Origin: an uncultured Eubacteriales bacterium
GTDB lineage: Bacteria > Acidobacteriota > Aminicenantia > Aminicenantales > Aminicenantaceae
DNA: 64,000 nt
Direction of reading: 5' to 3'
Assembly: GCA_964429695.1 (NCBI GenBank)
Contig: CAYSCS010000003.1
Location: 6,704 to 70,703, forward strand
The notes below the pieces were generated by a model, which did not search any database, was not told the origin of the DNA, and saw only the letters and a list, made by a program, of their open reading frames with translations. This document shows, one piece after another, positions 30,215 through 39,618 of this stretch. Each line of letters starts with the position of its first letter. The first letter of the stretch is position 1. The position numbers and the translations under genes are program-made.

Positions 30215-31255
30215 ATGGATAAAGTACTCCACAAAAAGGCGTTACCTAAATGGCTTAAAGAACTTGAATCATACGAAATCTATGCTCCTCAAGAAAATGA
30301 TGACCTCTGGAGCTTTGAGTTAGTCAAGTCCTTTGAATTCTTGGATTCAAATTATTCAAACTGCATCCAGTCCCCAAAAAAAATAATCTTCCCTCAAACA
30401 GAGACCCTGCTCAAGTTTGAGAGATTAGAAAATGGAAAGCTCGAGGTTGAAGAACAATTACCAGAAGACAGAAAAAAAGTCATCTTTGGAGTAAGACCTT
30501 GTGACGCAAAAGCACTCACTCTCATGGATAAGGTCTTCACAGGAGATTTCGAAGACCTATATTACACAAAGAGAAGAAACCAGACCACTCTAGTTGGGCT
30601 AGGTTGTAATACTCCCCCCTCTCCACAGTGTTTCTGTGTTTCTGTCGGTGGCTCACCCCATTCGAATGAAGGGCTTGATATTCTGATGACTGACCTTGAA
30701 GATAAATATTACCTTCAATCATTTACCGCTAAAGGCAATGAACTCTTGATCCTGGGAAAGAATATTTTCGAGGAACCGAACCCAGATGAAAAAAGCATGC
30801 TTAAGCGCATTCATCAGGAAGCAAAGAATAAATTCAAAACTAAGCTCCGTGAAATTGAAAAAATACCGGATAAATTAAAAGGAATGTTTGACTCTTCCTT
30901 CTGGGATGAGGAGGCCATGAGTTGCATCCGTTGCGGAATATGTACATATCTCTGTCCTACCTGCCACTGTTTTGATATAAATGATGAAGTTTACTCTACT
31001 TCTTCCCTGAGAGGAAAGCGCATCAGAACCTGGGATACATGCCAGTTCCCTGATTTCACTATGCACTCTTCTGGGCATAATCCACGGCCTGACAAGGCAT
31101 CCCGGCTAAGACAGAGGATTTTTCATAAGTTCCAGTATTTTGTGGAGAAGTTCAATGCCTACCAATGTACAGGGTGCGGAAGATGCATCTCCAAATGCCC
31201 GGTAGGTATAGACATAACCGAAATTCTGGAAAAGGTGAAAAATTATGGCTCATAA
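30215..31255 (+). CDS. Fe-S oxidoreductase subunit, AsrA/HydB/FlxB-like.
   Basis: CIRCGICTYLCPTCHCFD and CTGCGRCISKCPVG are present. The length of about 345 aa is typical of AsrA/HydB. It overlaps the next gene by 11 nt. Confidence 0.6.
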   Translation: MDKVLHKKALPKWLKELESYEIYAPQENDDLWSFELVKSFEFLDSNYSNCIQSPKKIIFPQTETLLKFERLENGKLEVEEQLPEDRKKVIFGVRPCDAKALTLMDKVFTGDFEDLYYTKRRNQTTLVGLGCNTPPSPQCFCVSVGGSPHSNEGLDILMTDLEDKYYLQSFTAKGNELLILGKNIFEEPNPDEKSMLKRIHQEAKNKFKTKLREIEKIPDKLKGMFDSSFWDEEAMSCIRCGICTYLCPTCHCFDINDEVYSTSSLRGKRIRTWDTCQFPDFTMHSSGHNPRPDKASRLRQRIFHKFQYFVEKFNAYQCTGCGRCISKCPVGIDITEILEKVKNYGS

Positions 31256-32069
31256 CCCATACATTCCGAGGCTGGCAAGAATAATTGAAATTAAAGAGGA
31301 AGTAGGCGGCACAAGACCAATCAAAACCTTCAGAACCAAGTTTCTCAACGAAGATGGCTTCTCCTTCCGATGTGGCCAATGCGCCATGCTTTCTGTCTTC
31401 GGCAAAGGAGAATCAATGATCTCCATTTCATCCAGCCCTCTTGAGAAGGAATTTATTCAGTTCAGTGTCCTGAAAATGGGAAGAGTGACCACGGCGCTTC
31501 ATGAGATGGAGGTAGGAGATATCATTGGAATAAGAGGGCCTTATGGGAATGGTTTTCCGATAGAAGAATGGAAGGGGAAAAATCTTATTTTCATCGGCGG
31601 TGGAATCGGACTGGCTCCCATCTGGTCAGTTTTACAAACGGCCCTGGCAAAGAAAGAAGAATATGGAGAGCTGATGCTCATCTACGGAGCCAGAACTTCC
31701 CGAGATTTAGTTTTTAAAAAAGAATTAGAGGAATTAAAAAGAGAGATCAAAGTCCACCTTTCAATCGACGTGGAGGAGCCTGGATGGAAGGAGTATGTTG
31801 GTTTTGTTCCCCTCAACGTGCTTGACAAAAAACCATCGCCAAATAACGCAATTACCGTCACTTGCGGTCCACCAATCATGATTAAATTTGTTATAAAAAA
31901 TCTTCAAGCTCTAGGTTTCCAGGACGATCAAATTTATACTACAGTAGAAAATAAGATGAAGTGTGGAATAGGAAAATGTGGACGATGTAATATAGGGGTT
32001 AATTATGTTTGTAAGGATGGCCCTGTCTATTCTTGGGCTGTGCTAAAAAAACTTCCTCAGGAATATTAG
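31245..32069 (+). CDS. FAD/NAD(P)-binding oxidoreductase with a C-terminal [2Fe-2S] cluster (HydG/AsrB/FlxA/PyrK-like).
   Basis: It has an FNR-like fold (RPIKTF...FRCGQCAMLSV; GGGIGLAPI NAD motif) and a C-terminal CGIGKCGRCNIG cluster. Confidence 0.75.
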   Translation: MAHNPYIPRLARIIEIKEEVGGTRPIKTFRTKFLNEDGFSFRCGQCAMLSVFGKGESMISISSSPLEKEFIQFSVLKMGRVTTALHEMEVGDIIGIRGPYGNGFPIEEWKGKNLIFIGGGIGLAPIWSVLQTALAKKEEYGELMLIYGARTSRDLVFKKELEELKREIKVHLSIDVEEPGWKEYVGFVPLNVLDKKPSPNNAITVTCGPPIMIKFVIKNLQALGFQDDQIYTTVENKMKCGIGKCGRCNIGVNYVCKDGPVYSWAVLKKLPQEY

Positions 32070-32085
32070 AAGAAAGGAGAAAAAA

Positions 32086-32820
32086 ATGGAAGAAAAGAAA
32101 CCTAAGCCAGCTCAAAAACAGAAATACACACCGCTAAAAAATGAAGAAAAAAGAGAATTTGTAACCGTGTTCATCATGGGTAAAGCCTATAAAGTCCCGG
32201 CCGATGCCACAATCATGGGAGCCATCGAATACGCGGGATATCAAATAAAAAGAGGGGCAGGGTGTCGCGAAGGTTTCTGCGGAGCCTGCGCAACTGTTTT
32301 CCGACTTCCCGGAGATTTCAAGATTTATACAGGACTCGCCTGTACCACTCTCGTCAAAGAAGGCATGTGGCTCTCTCAGCTTCCTGCCATCCCTGACAGA
32401 CGCGCCACCTATGACATAAATAAGCTCGTGCCCAGTGTGGTCACCTTCCAGATCCTCTACCCAGAAATTTTTCGCTGCGTCGCCTGTAATACTTGCACTA
32501 AAGCTTGCCCCCAGAACCTAGAAGTCATGGATTATATCCAAGCTGCAATGAGAGGTGATATCGAAAAAGTGATGGACCTTTCCTTTGACTGTCTCTGCTG
32601 CGGGCTATGCGCCATCCGCTGTCCAGCAGAGATAGTCCAATATAATGTGGGGATTCTCGCTAAAAGGCTTTATGGAAAGTATCTTTCAAAGAAAAGCCTT
32701 CAACTTGAAAAAAGAATAAAAGAAATTCAGAAAGGAATTTATGACAAAGAATATAAAAAATTGATGCTTATGAGCAAAGAAGAGCTTAAAAAATTATATT
32801 ATGAAAGAGACATTGAATGA
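32086..32820 (+). CDS. Succinate dehydrogenase / fumarate reductase iron-sulfur subunit-like protein.
   Basis: The N-terminal [2Fe-2S] motif is CREGFCGACATVF. Downstream are CVACNTCTKACP and CLCCGLCAIRCP, the SdhB/FrdB cluster arrangement. Confidence 0.75.
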   Translation: MEEKKPKPAQKQKYTPLKNEEKREFVTVFIMGKAYKVPADATIMGAIEYAGYQIKRGAGCREGFCGACATVFRLPGDFKIYTGLACTTLVKEGMWLSQLPAIPDRRATYDINKLVPSVVTFQILYPEIFRCVACNTCTKACPQNLEVMDYIQAAMRGDIEKVMDLSFDCLCCGLCAIRCPAEIVQYNVGILAKRLYGKYLSKKSLQLEKRIKEIQKGIYDKEYKKLMLMSKEELKKLYYERDIE

Positions 32821-32863
32821 GGAACGAAGAAGAAAAAAAACTTTTAACTTTAAGGAGTAACAA

Positions 32864-34531
32864 ATGTACCCAGAATACATGAGGCCATCCCTAGAAAAAG
32901 TTGCCCAAACTCGCCCCAAGAGGTTTGAGCTCGAAAAATCAGGAAAACCAGTTTTTCCTCCCATGAAAGCCGAAGAAAGAGAAGAGGTTCTCAAGAAATT
33001 TCATCCCGATTATAAACCCGATGCCAGGCGAAAGATTCGCATCGGAGTAAATAATGGAGAAGAAATAACCACAGAAGTGGCAGATATGCTGGAATCACAC
33101 TCGAGAATAAAGCCTGAGCTATTTAACCTTACCAATCCTGATTTTGAAACGGATATTCTAATCATTGGAGGAGGCGGCGCAGGATGTGCAGCAGCCATAA
33201 TCGCCATGCAGAACAAGGCAAAATCAATCATCTCCACAAAACTGCGCCTAGGAGATGCGAATTCGATGATGTCACAGGGAGGGATGCAAGCCGCTGTTAC
33301 TGAACAGGACTCCCCTACCCGCCATTATCTGGATGCAATGGGAGGTGGCCATTTTGACAACAAACCTGAACTCGTAAGAGCCTTGACAGAGGATGGCCCT
33401 GAAGTTGTTAAATGGCTTGAAGAGCTGGGTGTAATCTGGGATAAATATGAAGATGGCTCTCTCCAGGTCCTCCATGGGGGAGGAACATCCAGAAAAAGAA
33501 TGCACTCCTGCCGCGATTATACGGGAGCAATAATCATGCGCACGCTGATGGATGAAGTAAGAAACCACCCTGATATGATTCGCGTCTTGGAATTCATGCC
33601 CACAGTTGAGCTTATCATGGACAAGAGAGGCAGATGCGCGGGAGGTGTTCTCTATAATCTGGAGACAGAGGAATATTTTACGGTCAAGGCCAAGGCAGTC
33701 ATCATCGCTACAGGAGGATACGGAAGGCTTCACATCCGCGGCTTTGACACCACCAACCACTACGGGGCAACTGGAGATGGGCTTGTCATTGCTTACCGCG
33801 CCGGGGCAAAGCTACTCTACATGGACTCAGTTCAATATCATCCTACGGGAGCAGTCTTCCCTGAACAGATTGCCGGTTTTTTAATCACCGAAAAAATCAG
33901 AGGAGCAGGGGGGCAACCAATAAATAAATTCGGTGAACTTTTTGTCTTCCCTCGGGAACCAAGGGATGTTGAGAGTGCGGCTATCATCAGGGAATGCGTA
34001 GAACGAAAAAACGGAATTGAAACCCCAAGCGGCCGCGTGGGTGTCTGGCTGGATTCCCCCCTAATTGAAATGATTCAAGGCGAGGGATACATAAATAAAC
34101 AATTCCCGGCTATGCATCGCCAATTCATTCGCTATGGGATTGATATAACTAAAGAGCCGATGCTCATCTATCCCTCCCTCCATTACCAGAATGGGGGAAT
34201 CGAGATTAATGAAAGATGCGAAACCAACATTCCCGGTCTCTACGTTGCTGGAGAAGCCTCAGGAGGAGTCCATGGCCGTAATCGACTGATGGGAAATTCG
34301 GTTCTTGACTACAATGTGTTTGGAAGAAGAGCGGGTAAATATGCAGCAGAATACATAAAATCAGTCAAGATAGGAACCTTGACCCTTGAGCATGTAAATG
34401 CGTATGAACAGGAATTGAAAAAAGCAGGGATTAAAACAGATAGAATCGCACCTGTCCTTCTTCCCTCTTATACGCCCGAGGATGTGAGAAGACGACAGCT
34501 CACGGCTCACTATGAAGGAACGCTGAGATAG
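32864..34531 (+). CDS. Fumarate reductase / succinate dehydrogenase / L-aspartate oxidase-family flavoprotein subunit.
   Basis: The FAD motif is ILIIGGGGAGCAAAI. There is no His at the covalent-FAD position (SQGGMQAAV). The conserved LHYQNGGIEI...GLYVAGEASGGVHGRNRLMGNSVLD block is present. An unusual roughly 100-aa N-terminal extension precedes the FAD motif. Confidence 0.8.
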   Translation: MYPEYMRPSLEKVAQTRPKRFELEKSGKPVFPPMKAEEREEVLKKFHPDYKPDARRKIRIGVNNGEEITTEVADMLESHSRIKPELFNLTNPDFETDILIIGGGGAGCAAAIIAMQNKAKSIISTKLRLGDANSMMSQGGMQAAVTEQDSPTRHYLDAMGGGHFDNKPELVRALTEDGPEVVKWLEELGVIWDKYEDGSLQVLHGGGTSRKRMHSCRDYTGAIIMRTLMDEVRNHPDMIRVLEFMPTVELIMDKRGRCAGGVLYNLETEEYFTVKAKAVIIATGGYGRLHIRGFDTTNHYGATGDGLVIAYRAGAKLLYMDSVQYHPTGAVFPEQIAGFLITEKIRGAGGQPINKFGELFVFPREPRDVESAAIIRECVERKNGIETPSGRVGVWLDSPLIEMIQGEGYINKQFPAMHRQFIRYGIDITKEPMLIYPSLHYQNGGIEINERCETNIPGLYVAGEASGGVHGRNRLMGNSVLDYNVFGRRAGKYAAEYIKSVKIGTLTLEHVNAYEQELKKAGIKTDRIAPVLLPSYTPEDVRRRQLTAHYEGTLR

Positions 34532-34706
34532 GAAGACGAGGTTTCCCCCTCCTCAAAAGGAGACATCCTGAAGAAAACAAAAGAACCTCTTCCTTTGACC
34601 GTGAGGGCCAGAGCCTCTCTCTCTTTTTGACTTTTTGGAAAAATTGTTATATCTAATAAAATAGTTTAGTTTACTATTCCCTCTTGTAAAGGGTGGGAGG
34701 CTTTAA

Positions 34707-35138
34707 ATGGAATACAACGGAATCGAAAGAAGGGCATGCATCAGGTTCAAAATACCCGGCTCAACAGTCAGCTATAAAAAAAGTCCTCTCTTAAGCGATA
34801 AGGAAGAGTACGGAGAAGAATTTTGCCCTATTCTGGATATCAGCCGAGGAGGAGTGAGGTTTTTATCTCAGAAGCCTCTTAAAATTAACACCCAACTCAC
34901 TCTCAAGATTTCAGTCCCAGGAGAAACAATACCTCTCAAACAACTGGGAATTGTGCGCTGGTCAACTTACAATCCAGGAAAAAGCTATAAATATCAAATT
35001 GGGGTCCAGTTCAATCCTTATGGTGAAAAAAAGGAAGAAAATTATCCTGGAAACCTAGTTAAAATCATTGCTTTTGAACAGAAGTTCGCCCTCCCGAATC
35101 AGTTAGAAACTGACGAATTTGAGACCGATAGCAGTTGA
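34707..35138 (+). CDS. PilZ domain protein, a putative c-di-GMP receptor.
   Basis: It contains RRACIRFKI (RxxxR) and DISRGGVRF (D/NxSxxG), both PilZ motifs. Confidence 0.7.
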   Translation: MEYNGIERRACIRFKIPGSTVSYKKSPLLSDKEEYGEEFCPILDISRGGVRFLSQKPLKINTQLTLKISVPGETIPLKQLGIVRWSTYNPGKSYKYQIGVQFNPYGEKKEENYPGNLVKIIAFEQKFALPNQLETDEFETDSS

Positions 35139-35179
35139 AATAAGCTAGGTTAAATAAACTTCTTTTTGGTTCAAAAACC

Positions 35180-37243
35180 CTATCCCTCGGGGACGATTTG
35201 AGAATAATCTGCTATCTTAAAAAAGAGGGATTGAATGCTCTGAAGAAGGGCGAGGCGATTCCTTCTGATTTTCCTGTCTTCTGCCATGACCAGGACCCCA
35301 TCAAAAAATTTGTCGATAGAAGGAGATAGATTAAAAATCATCCTCTGGGCCTTGGCAAAATCTCCACTCAAAAGCATGCGATTAACATTTTCTTTGATAA
35401 TGTTGAAACATGTATATAATTCTTTCTCTTCCTTTTCAATCAATAAGTCTGGATTGAGCTTGTAAAGAGGATGATCACGTAAAATGTTAGTAACTCTTTT
35501 AGCGACATGAATAAAAGTAGTAAATTGCTGGCTTTTTCTAAGATTATCCAGAGCCTGAATCCTAAGGTAGGAATCATAGATACTCTCCAGCCCAATAGCC
35601 AAGGAAGCTTTGATCAAATCATACCTAAAACCATTGTTTTCTAACAGGTGATAAAGACGATTTGAAAAAAACTCAAGGCAGGAATTCTTGACTTCATCCT
35701 TCGGCTGCAGGAGTTTCTCTCCGTAAAGACGGATGGCTCTTTCAATGACCTTTGGGAGTGAAAACCTGAGTTTTTTCTCTATCGCCATCCTGCAGACCCC
35801 ATGAGCACTTCTTCGAAGACCGAAGGGGTCTTTGGAGCCTGTAACCTTCACTCCTATACCTGTGGCACCTACAATCGTATCAACCTTATCAGCCAGAGAA
35901 AGAATTACTCCCGCCAACGAGGAGGGTATCTTATCTTCAGAGCCCAAAGGTTGATAATGTTCGTAGATAGCCTTCCAGACTTGAGCCGAGTACCCTTGCG
36001 CCGCAGCATAGAGCCCTCCTATCTTTCCCTGAAGAAGAGGAAATTCCCTTACCATTTCTGTCAATAAGTCAGCCTTTGCAAGCTCTGTGGCTTCAAGAAG
36101 CTCTTGTTTCAATTCCCTGGCTTCTAATTGGTCAGCAAGATAATAAACAAGTTTTTTCAGCCTTTCAACCTTGTCCTTGTAAGTCCCCAGTCTCTCCTCG
36201 TAGATAATCGAATCCAGGCTCTTTGCTCTTTCCTTTAAAGAAACCTTTAAGTCGTTTTCCCAAAAAAACTTAGCATCCTCGAGCCTCGCCTTAAGGACCC
36301 TCTCATTCCCCTTGCGGATGAGGCCCTTGGGATCATCTGGCGCATCAGCTACTCCCACAAAATAGGGAAGTTGGCGTTTCCCTTTTACCACCGAAAAAAG
36401 ACTCTGACCTTCTCTCATAGCCACACTCAAGACCTCAAGGGGAAGGGAAAGGTACTTTTCAGGGAATTCCCCCATGAAAACGAAGGGCATCTCAACATCA
36501 AAAACAATTTTGTTTAAAAGGTCCTCGTCGTGGTAAAGCCGGGCTTCTAGTCTTGAAAGCACCTTCTCAACTTGCTCTAAGATAATCTTTCTCCGCTCTT
36601 CTGGGTCTATCACTACCTTATTTTCCTTTAAGAGCGAAATATACTCTTCGCAAGACTTGGGCTTGAGCCTCTGGAAAGAATGAATCTTATGCCCATAGGT
36701 TGAATCAGAAGAAGACAAGCCTTCGCATGAAAACGAAAGATGTTCCCTTCCTAAGATGCAGAATATATTCCGCAAGGGACGAGAAAATTTGAATGATATT
36801 TCCCCCCATCTCATCATTTTCGGGAAAGAAAGGGAGAGGATAATTTTAGGAATTAACTCTGCCAAAATCTCTTGTGCTCTTTTCCCTTTTGCAACTTTTT
36901 TAAAACCTAGATATTCCCCTTTTTCTGTTTTTATTATTTCGAGGGAATCCGCGCTTATTCCCTTAGCCTTGGCAAAACCTTCAGCTGCAGGAGAAAGCCT
37001 TCCATCTTGGAGAAAAGCAACAGACTTGGGTGGACCAAGGATTGTTTCTTCCCTGTCCTCCTGGAAGGGAGCAACATCGCCAACTACCACCAGTCTTCTG
37101 CATGTTGCGAAAACCTTGAGAGTGCTTAATCCAAGGTTTGCTTTTTTAAGTTCTTCGGTAAATTTTGTCTTTAACTGAAAAATCGCCTCTTGGAGATGAG
37201 AGGTAGGCATCTCTTCGCAAATAATTTCGAGCACAAACTCCAT
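35180..37243 (-). CDS. glyS: Glycine--tRNA ligase beta subunit.
   Basis: This 687-aa protein begins MEFVLEIICEEMP, a typical GlyS N-terminus. It overlaps the glyQ stop. Confidence 0.9.
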   Translation of the reverse strand: MEFVLEIICEEMPTSHLQEAIFQLKTKFTEELKKANLGLSTLKVFATCRRLVVVGDVAPFQEDREETILGPPKSVAFLQDGRLSPAAEGFAKAKGISADSLEIIKTEKGEYLGFKKVAKGKRAQEILAELIPKIILSLSFPKMMRWGEISFKFSRPLRNIFCILGREHLSFSCEGLSSSDSTYGHKIHSFQRLKPKSCEEYISLLKENKVVIDPEERRKIILEQVEKVLSRLEARLYHDEDLLNKIVFDVEMPFVFMGEFPEKYLSLPLEVLSVAMREGQSLFSVVKGKRQLPYFVGVADAPDDPKGLIRKGNERVLKARLEDAKFFWENDLKVSLKERAKSLDSIIYEERLGTYKDKVERLKKLVYYLADQLEARELKQELLEATELAKADLLTEMVREFPLLQGKIGGLYAAAQGYSAQVWKAIYEHYQPLGSEDKIPSSLAGVILSLADKVDTIVGATGIGVKVTGSKDPFGLRRSAHGVCRMAIEKKLRFSLPKVIERAIRLYGEKLLQPKDEVKNSCLEFFSNRLYHLLENNGFRYDLIKASLAIGLESIYDSYLRIQALDNLRKSQQFTTFIHVAKRVTNILRDHPLYKLNPDLLIEKEEKELYTCFNIIKENVNRMLLSGDFAKAQRMIFNLSPSIDKFFDGVLVMAEDRKIRRNRLALLQSIQSLFFKIADYSQIVPEG

Positions 37244-38091
37244 CAGGAAATATCCCCCTTTGAGGCATATTTTTGAGCTATTTGAGAAACAAGTTTCCTG
37301 ATTTCAGCTATCATGTTTACTCTTTCCGTGACACTTATCGCTCCTCTTGCATCCAAGATATTGAATAGATGAGAGCATTTGAGACAGAGGTCATAGGCGG
37401 GAAAGAGGAGGTTTCTATCGATGAGTCTTTGTCCTTCTTTCACATTTTTCAGGAATGAATCTCGAAGCAATCTAACTGAAGCTTGATTGAAATTGTACTC
37501 TGAAAATTCCCTCTCATCCCCCAATCTCAGCTCTCCATAGCTCACTTCCTCTGACCATTTTAATTCATAGATGTTATCCTTTTCTTCCAAGAACATCTCC
37601 AGCCTCTCCAGTCCATACGTAATCTCTACAGGAACTGGAAAGAGGTCAATTCCTCCCGCCTGTTGAAAATAAGTAAATTGTGTAATCTCTAAGCCGTCCA
37701 GCAAAACTTGCCAGCCTACGCCCCATGCTCCTATCGTAGGCGACTCCCAGTCATCTTCATCAAAACGAATATCATGCTCTTTAAGGTCAATTCCTAGCCT
37801 TGAAAGGCTGGAAAGATAAGTCTGCTGGATATCGGGAGGAGAAGGCTTAATAATTACCTGATATTGGAAATGCTTTTGGACTCTGAGGGGGTTTTCTCCA
37901 AATCTTCCATCTCTGGGCCTTCGGGATGGCTGCGTATAGGCAACCTTCCAGGGCCTCTTATCCAGAACCCTGAAGAATGTGTCTGGAGTCATCGTTCCTG
38001 CACCCACCTCGAGGTCATAACTCTGAGCGAGGTAACAGCCTTGTTCAGCCCAGAATCTATGTAATTCCAAGATTAACTCTTGAAAAGTCAT
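37243..38091 (-). CDS. glyQ: Glycine--tRNA ligase alpha subunit.
   Basis: MTFQELILELHRFWAEQGCYLAQSYDLEVGAGTMTP is almost invariant GlyQ sequence. Confidence 0.95.
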   Translation of the reverse strand: MTFQELILELHRFWAEQGCYLAQSYDLEVGAGTMTPDTFFRVLDKRPWKVAYTQPSRRPRDGRFGENPLRVQKHFQYQVIIKPSPPDIQQTYLSSLSRLGIDLKEHDIRFDEDDWESPTIGAWGVGWQVLLDGLEITQFTYFQQAGGIDLFPVPVEITYGLERLEMFLEEKDNIYELKWSEEVSYGELRLGDEREFSEYNFNQASVRLLRDSFLKNVKEGQRLIDRNLLFPAYDLCLKCSHLFNILDARGAISVTERVNMIAEIRKLVSQIAQKYASKGDIS

Positions 38092-38157
38092 CCCTTCTCT
38101 CCCTCACCTTCTCAAAGCCTTTTCTCTAATCTATTTCCCGCAGCAGGGAGGTTAAAT

Positions 38158-39618
38158 TTATATACTTTGATTTGATTTTCTCTCCCAGCGCAAGACTGGA
38201 TTCCTTGCCGCAAGCGTCTCATCCAGCCTCCTCAAGTAAGGCTCATGAGGTGCCTCTTTCAACAACTCTGGCTTTTCTTCGGCTTCCTTTGCAATCTGCT
38301 TCATGGCTTCTATGAACATATCCAGGTCCCTCTTGCTTTCCGTCTCTGTGGGCTCAATCATCAAAGCACCATGAACTATCAAGGGAAAGGAGACAGTAGG
38401 AGGATGAAGGCCAAAATCTATGAGCCTCTTAGCGATGTCTATGTTTGTAACTCCATATTTTCTCTGATTTTTATCAGAAAACACACACTCATGGAGGGTG
38501 GGTGTGGGATATTTAAGGTCGTATTCATTTTCTAAACTCTTGCGTATGTAGTTTGAATTCAAAACAGATATTTCTGATATTTCCTTAAGACCCCGAGCTC
38601 CAAGGGAAAGGATATACGCAAGAGCCTTGACAATGACCAAAAAATTCCCGTAATAACTCCTCACCCTACCAATAGATTTAGGCCTCTCGAAATTAAAAAA
38701 GAACTCTTCTCCTCTTTTTTCAACTACAGGGACAGGAAGAAAAGGCTCGAGTCTCTTCTTGACTCCAACTGGGCCCGAACCCGGTCCTCCTCCTCCATGA
38801 GGAGTAGAGAAAGTCTTATGCAGATTTAGATGGATAACATCAACATCCATGTCTCCCGGCCTCGAGAAACCAATCAAGGCGTTCAAATTAGCACCATCCA
38901 TGTACAGGAATCCGCCATTATCATGCACAATTTTTGCTATCTCTTTGATTTCCTCTTCAAAAATCCCCAGGGTATTCGGGTTGGTAATCATCAAGGCCGC
39001 CACATGTTCATTCATGACTTCTGAAAGGTGCCTTATATCCACAGTACCCTTCTCGTTCGACCTTATTTCCTCCACTCTATAACCACAGATATGAGCGCTT
39101 GAAGGATTTGTCCCGTGGGCTGAATCAGGAATAAGGACGATCTCCCGGGGGTCTCCTCTTTCTTCCAAGAAAGCGCGAATCATCATCATTCCTACTAATT
39201 CCCCCTGTGCACCAGCTGAAGGCTGAAGAGTAAAGGCATCCATCCCGGTTATTTCTGCGAGTAACCTCTCAGTCTCAAAAAGAATTCGCAGATTCCCCTG
39301 CGCTAAATCTTCTGGGGCATAGGGATGAACCTGGGTAAAGCCATCAAGAGAAGCAATTTTCTCATTTATCTTGGGATTATATTTCATGGTGCAGGAACCG
39401 AGAGGATAGAGGCCCTCATCAACACAATAATTCATCTTGGAGAGCCGGGTGAAATGCCTTATTATTTCTACCTCAGAGACTTCGGGAAAATCCTGAATGT
39501 CTTCTCTAAGCGGAATTTCCTTGAGAAAATCATCTTTTGAAACGATGTCAAGGGGAGGGAGGATGAATCCTGTTTTCCCTTGACCGCTGAGCTCAAAAAT
39601 CAAAGGTTCTCTAATCAT
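38158..39618 (-). CDS. gcvPB: Glycine dehydrogenase (decarboxylating) subunit 2.
   Basis: The PLP-dependent P-protein C-terminal half is present (SAHGTNPSSA..., HLNLHKTFSTPHGGGGPG). Confidence 0.9.
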   Translation of the reverse strand: MIREPLIFELSGQGKTGFILPPLDIVSKDDFLKEIPLREDIQDFPEVSEVEIIRHFTRLSKMNYCVDEGLYPLGSCTMKYNPKINEKIASLDGFTQVHPYAPEDLAQGNLRILFETERLLAEITGMDAFTLQPSAGAQGELVGMMMIRAFLEERGDPREIVLIPDSAHGTNPSSAHICGYRVEEIRSNEKGTVDIRHLSEVMNEHVAALMITNPNTLGIFEEEIKEIAKIVHDNGGFLYMDGANLNALIGFSRPGDMDVDVIHLNLHKTFSTPHGGGGPGSGPVGVKKRLEPFLPVPVVEKRGEEFFFNFERPKSIGRVRSYYGNFLVIVKALAYILSLGARGLKEISEISVLNSNYIRKSLENEYDLKYPTPTLHECVFSDKNQRKYGVTNIDIAKRLIDFGLHPPTVSFPLIVHGALMIEPTETESKRDLDMFIEAMKQIAKEAEEKPELLKEAPHEPYLRRLDETLAARNPVLRWERKSNQSI

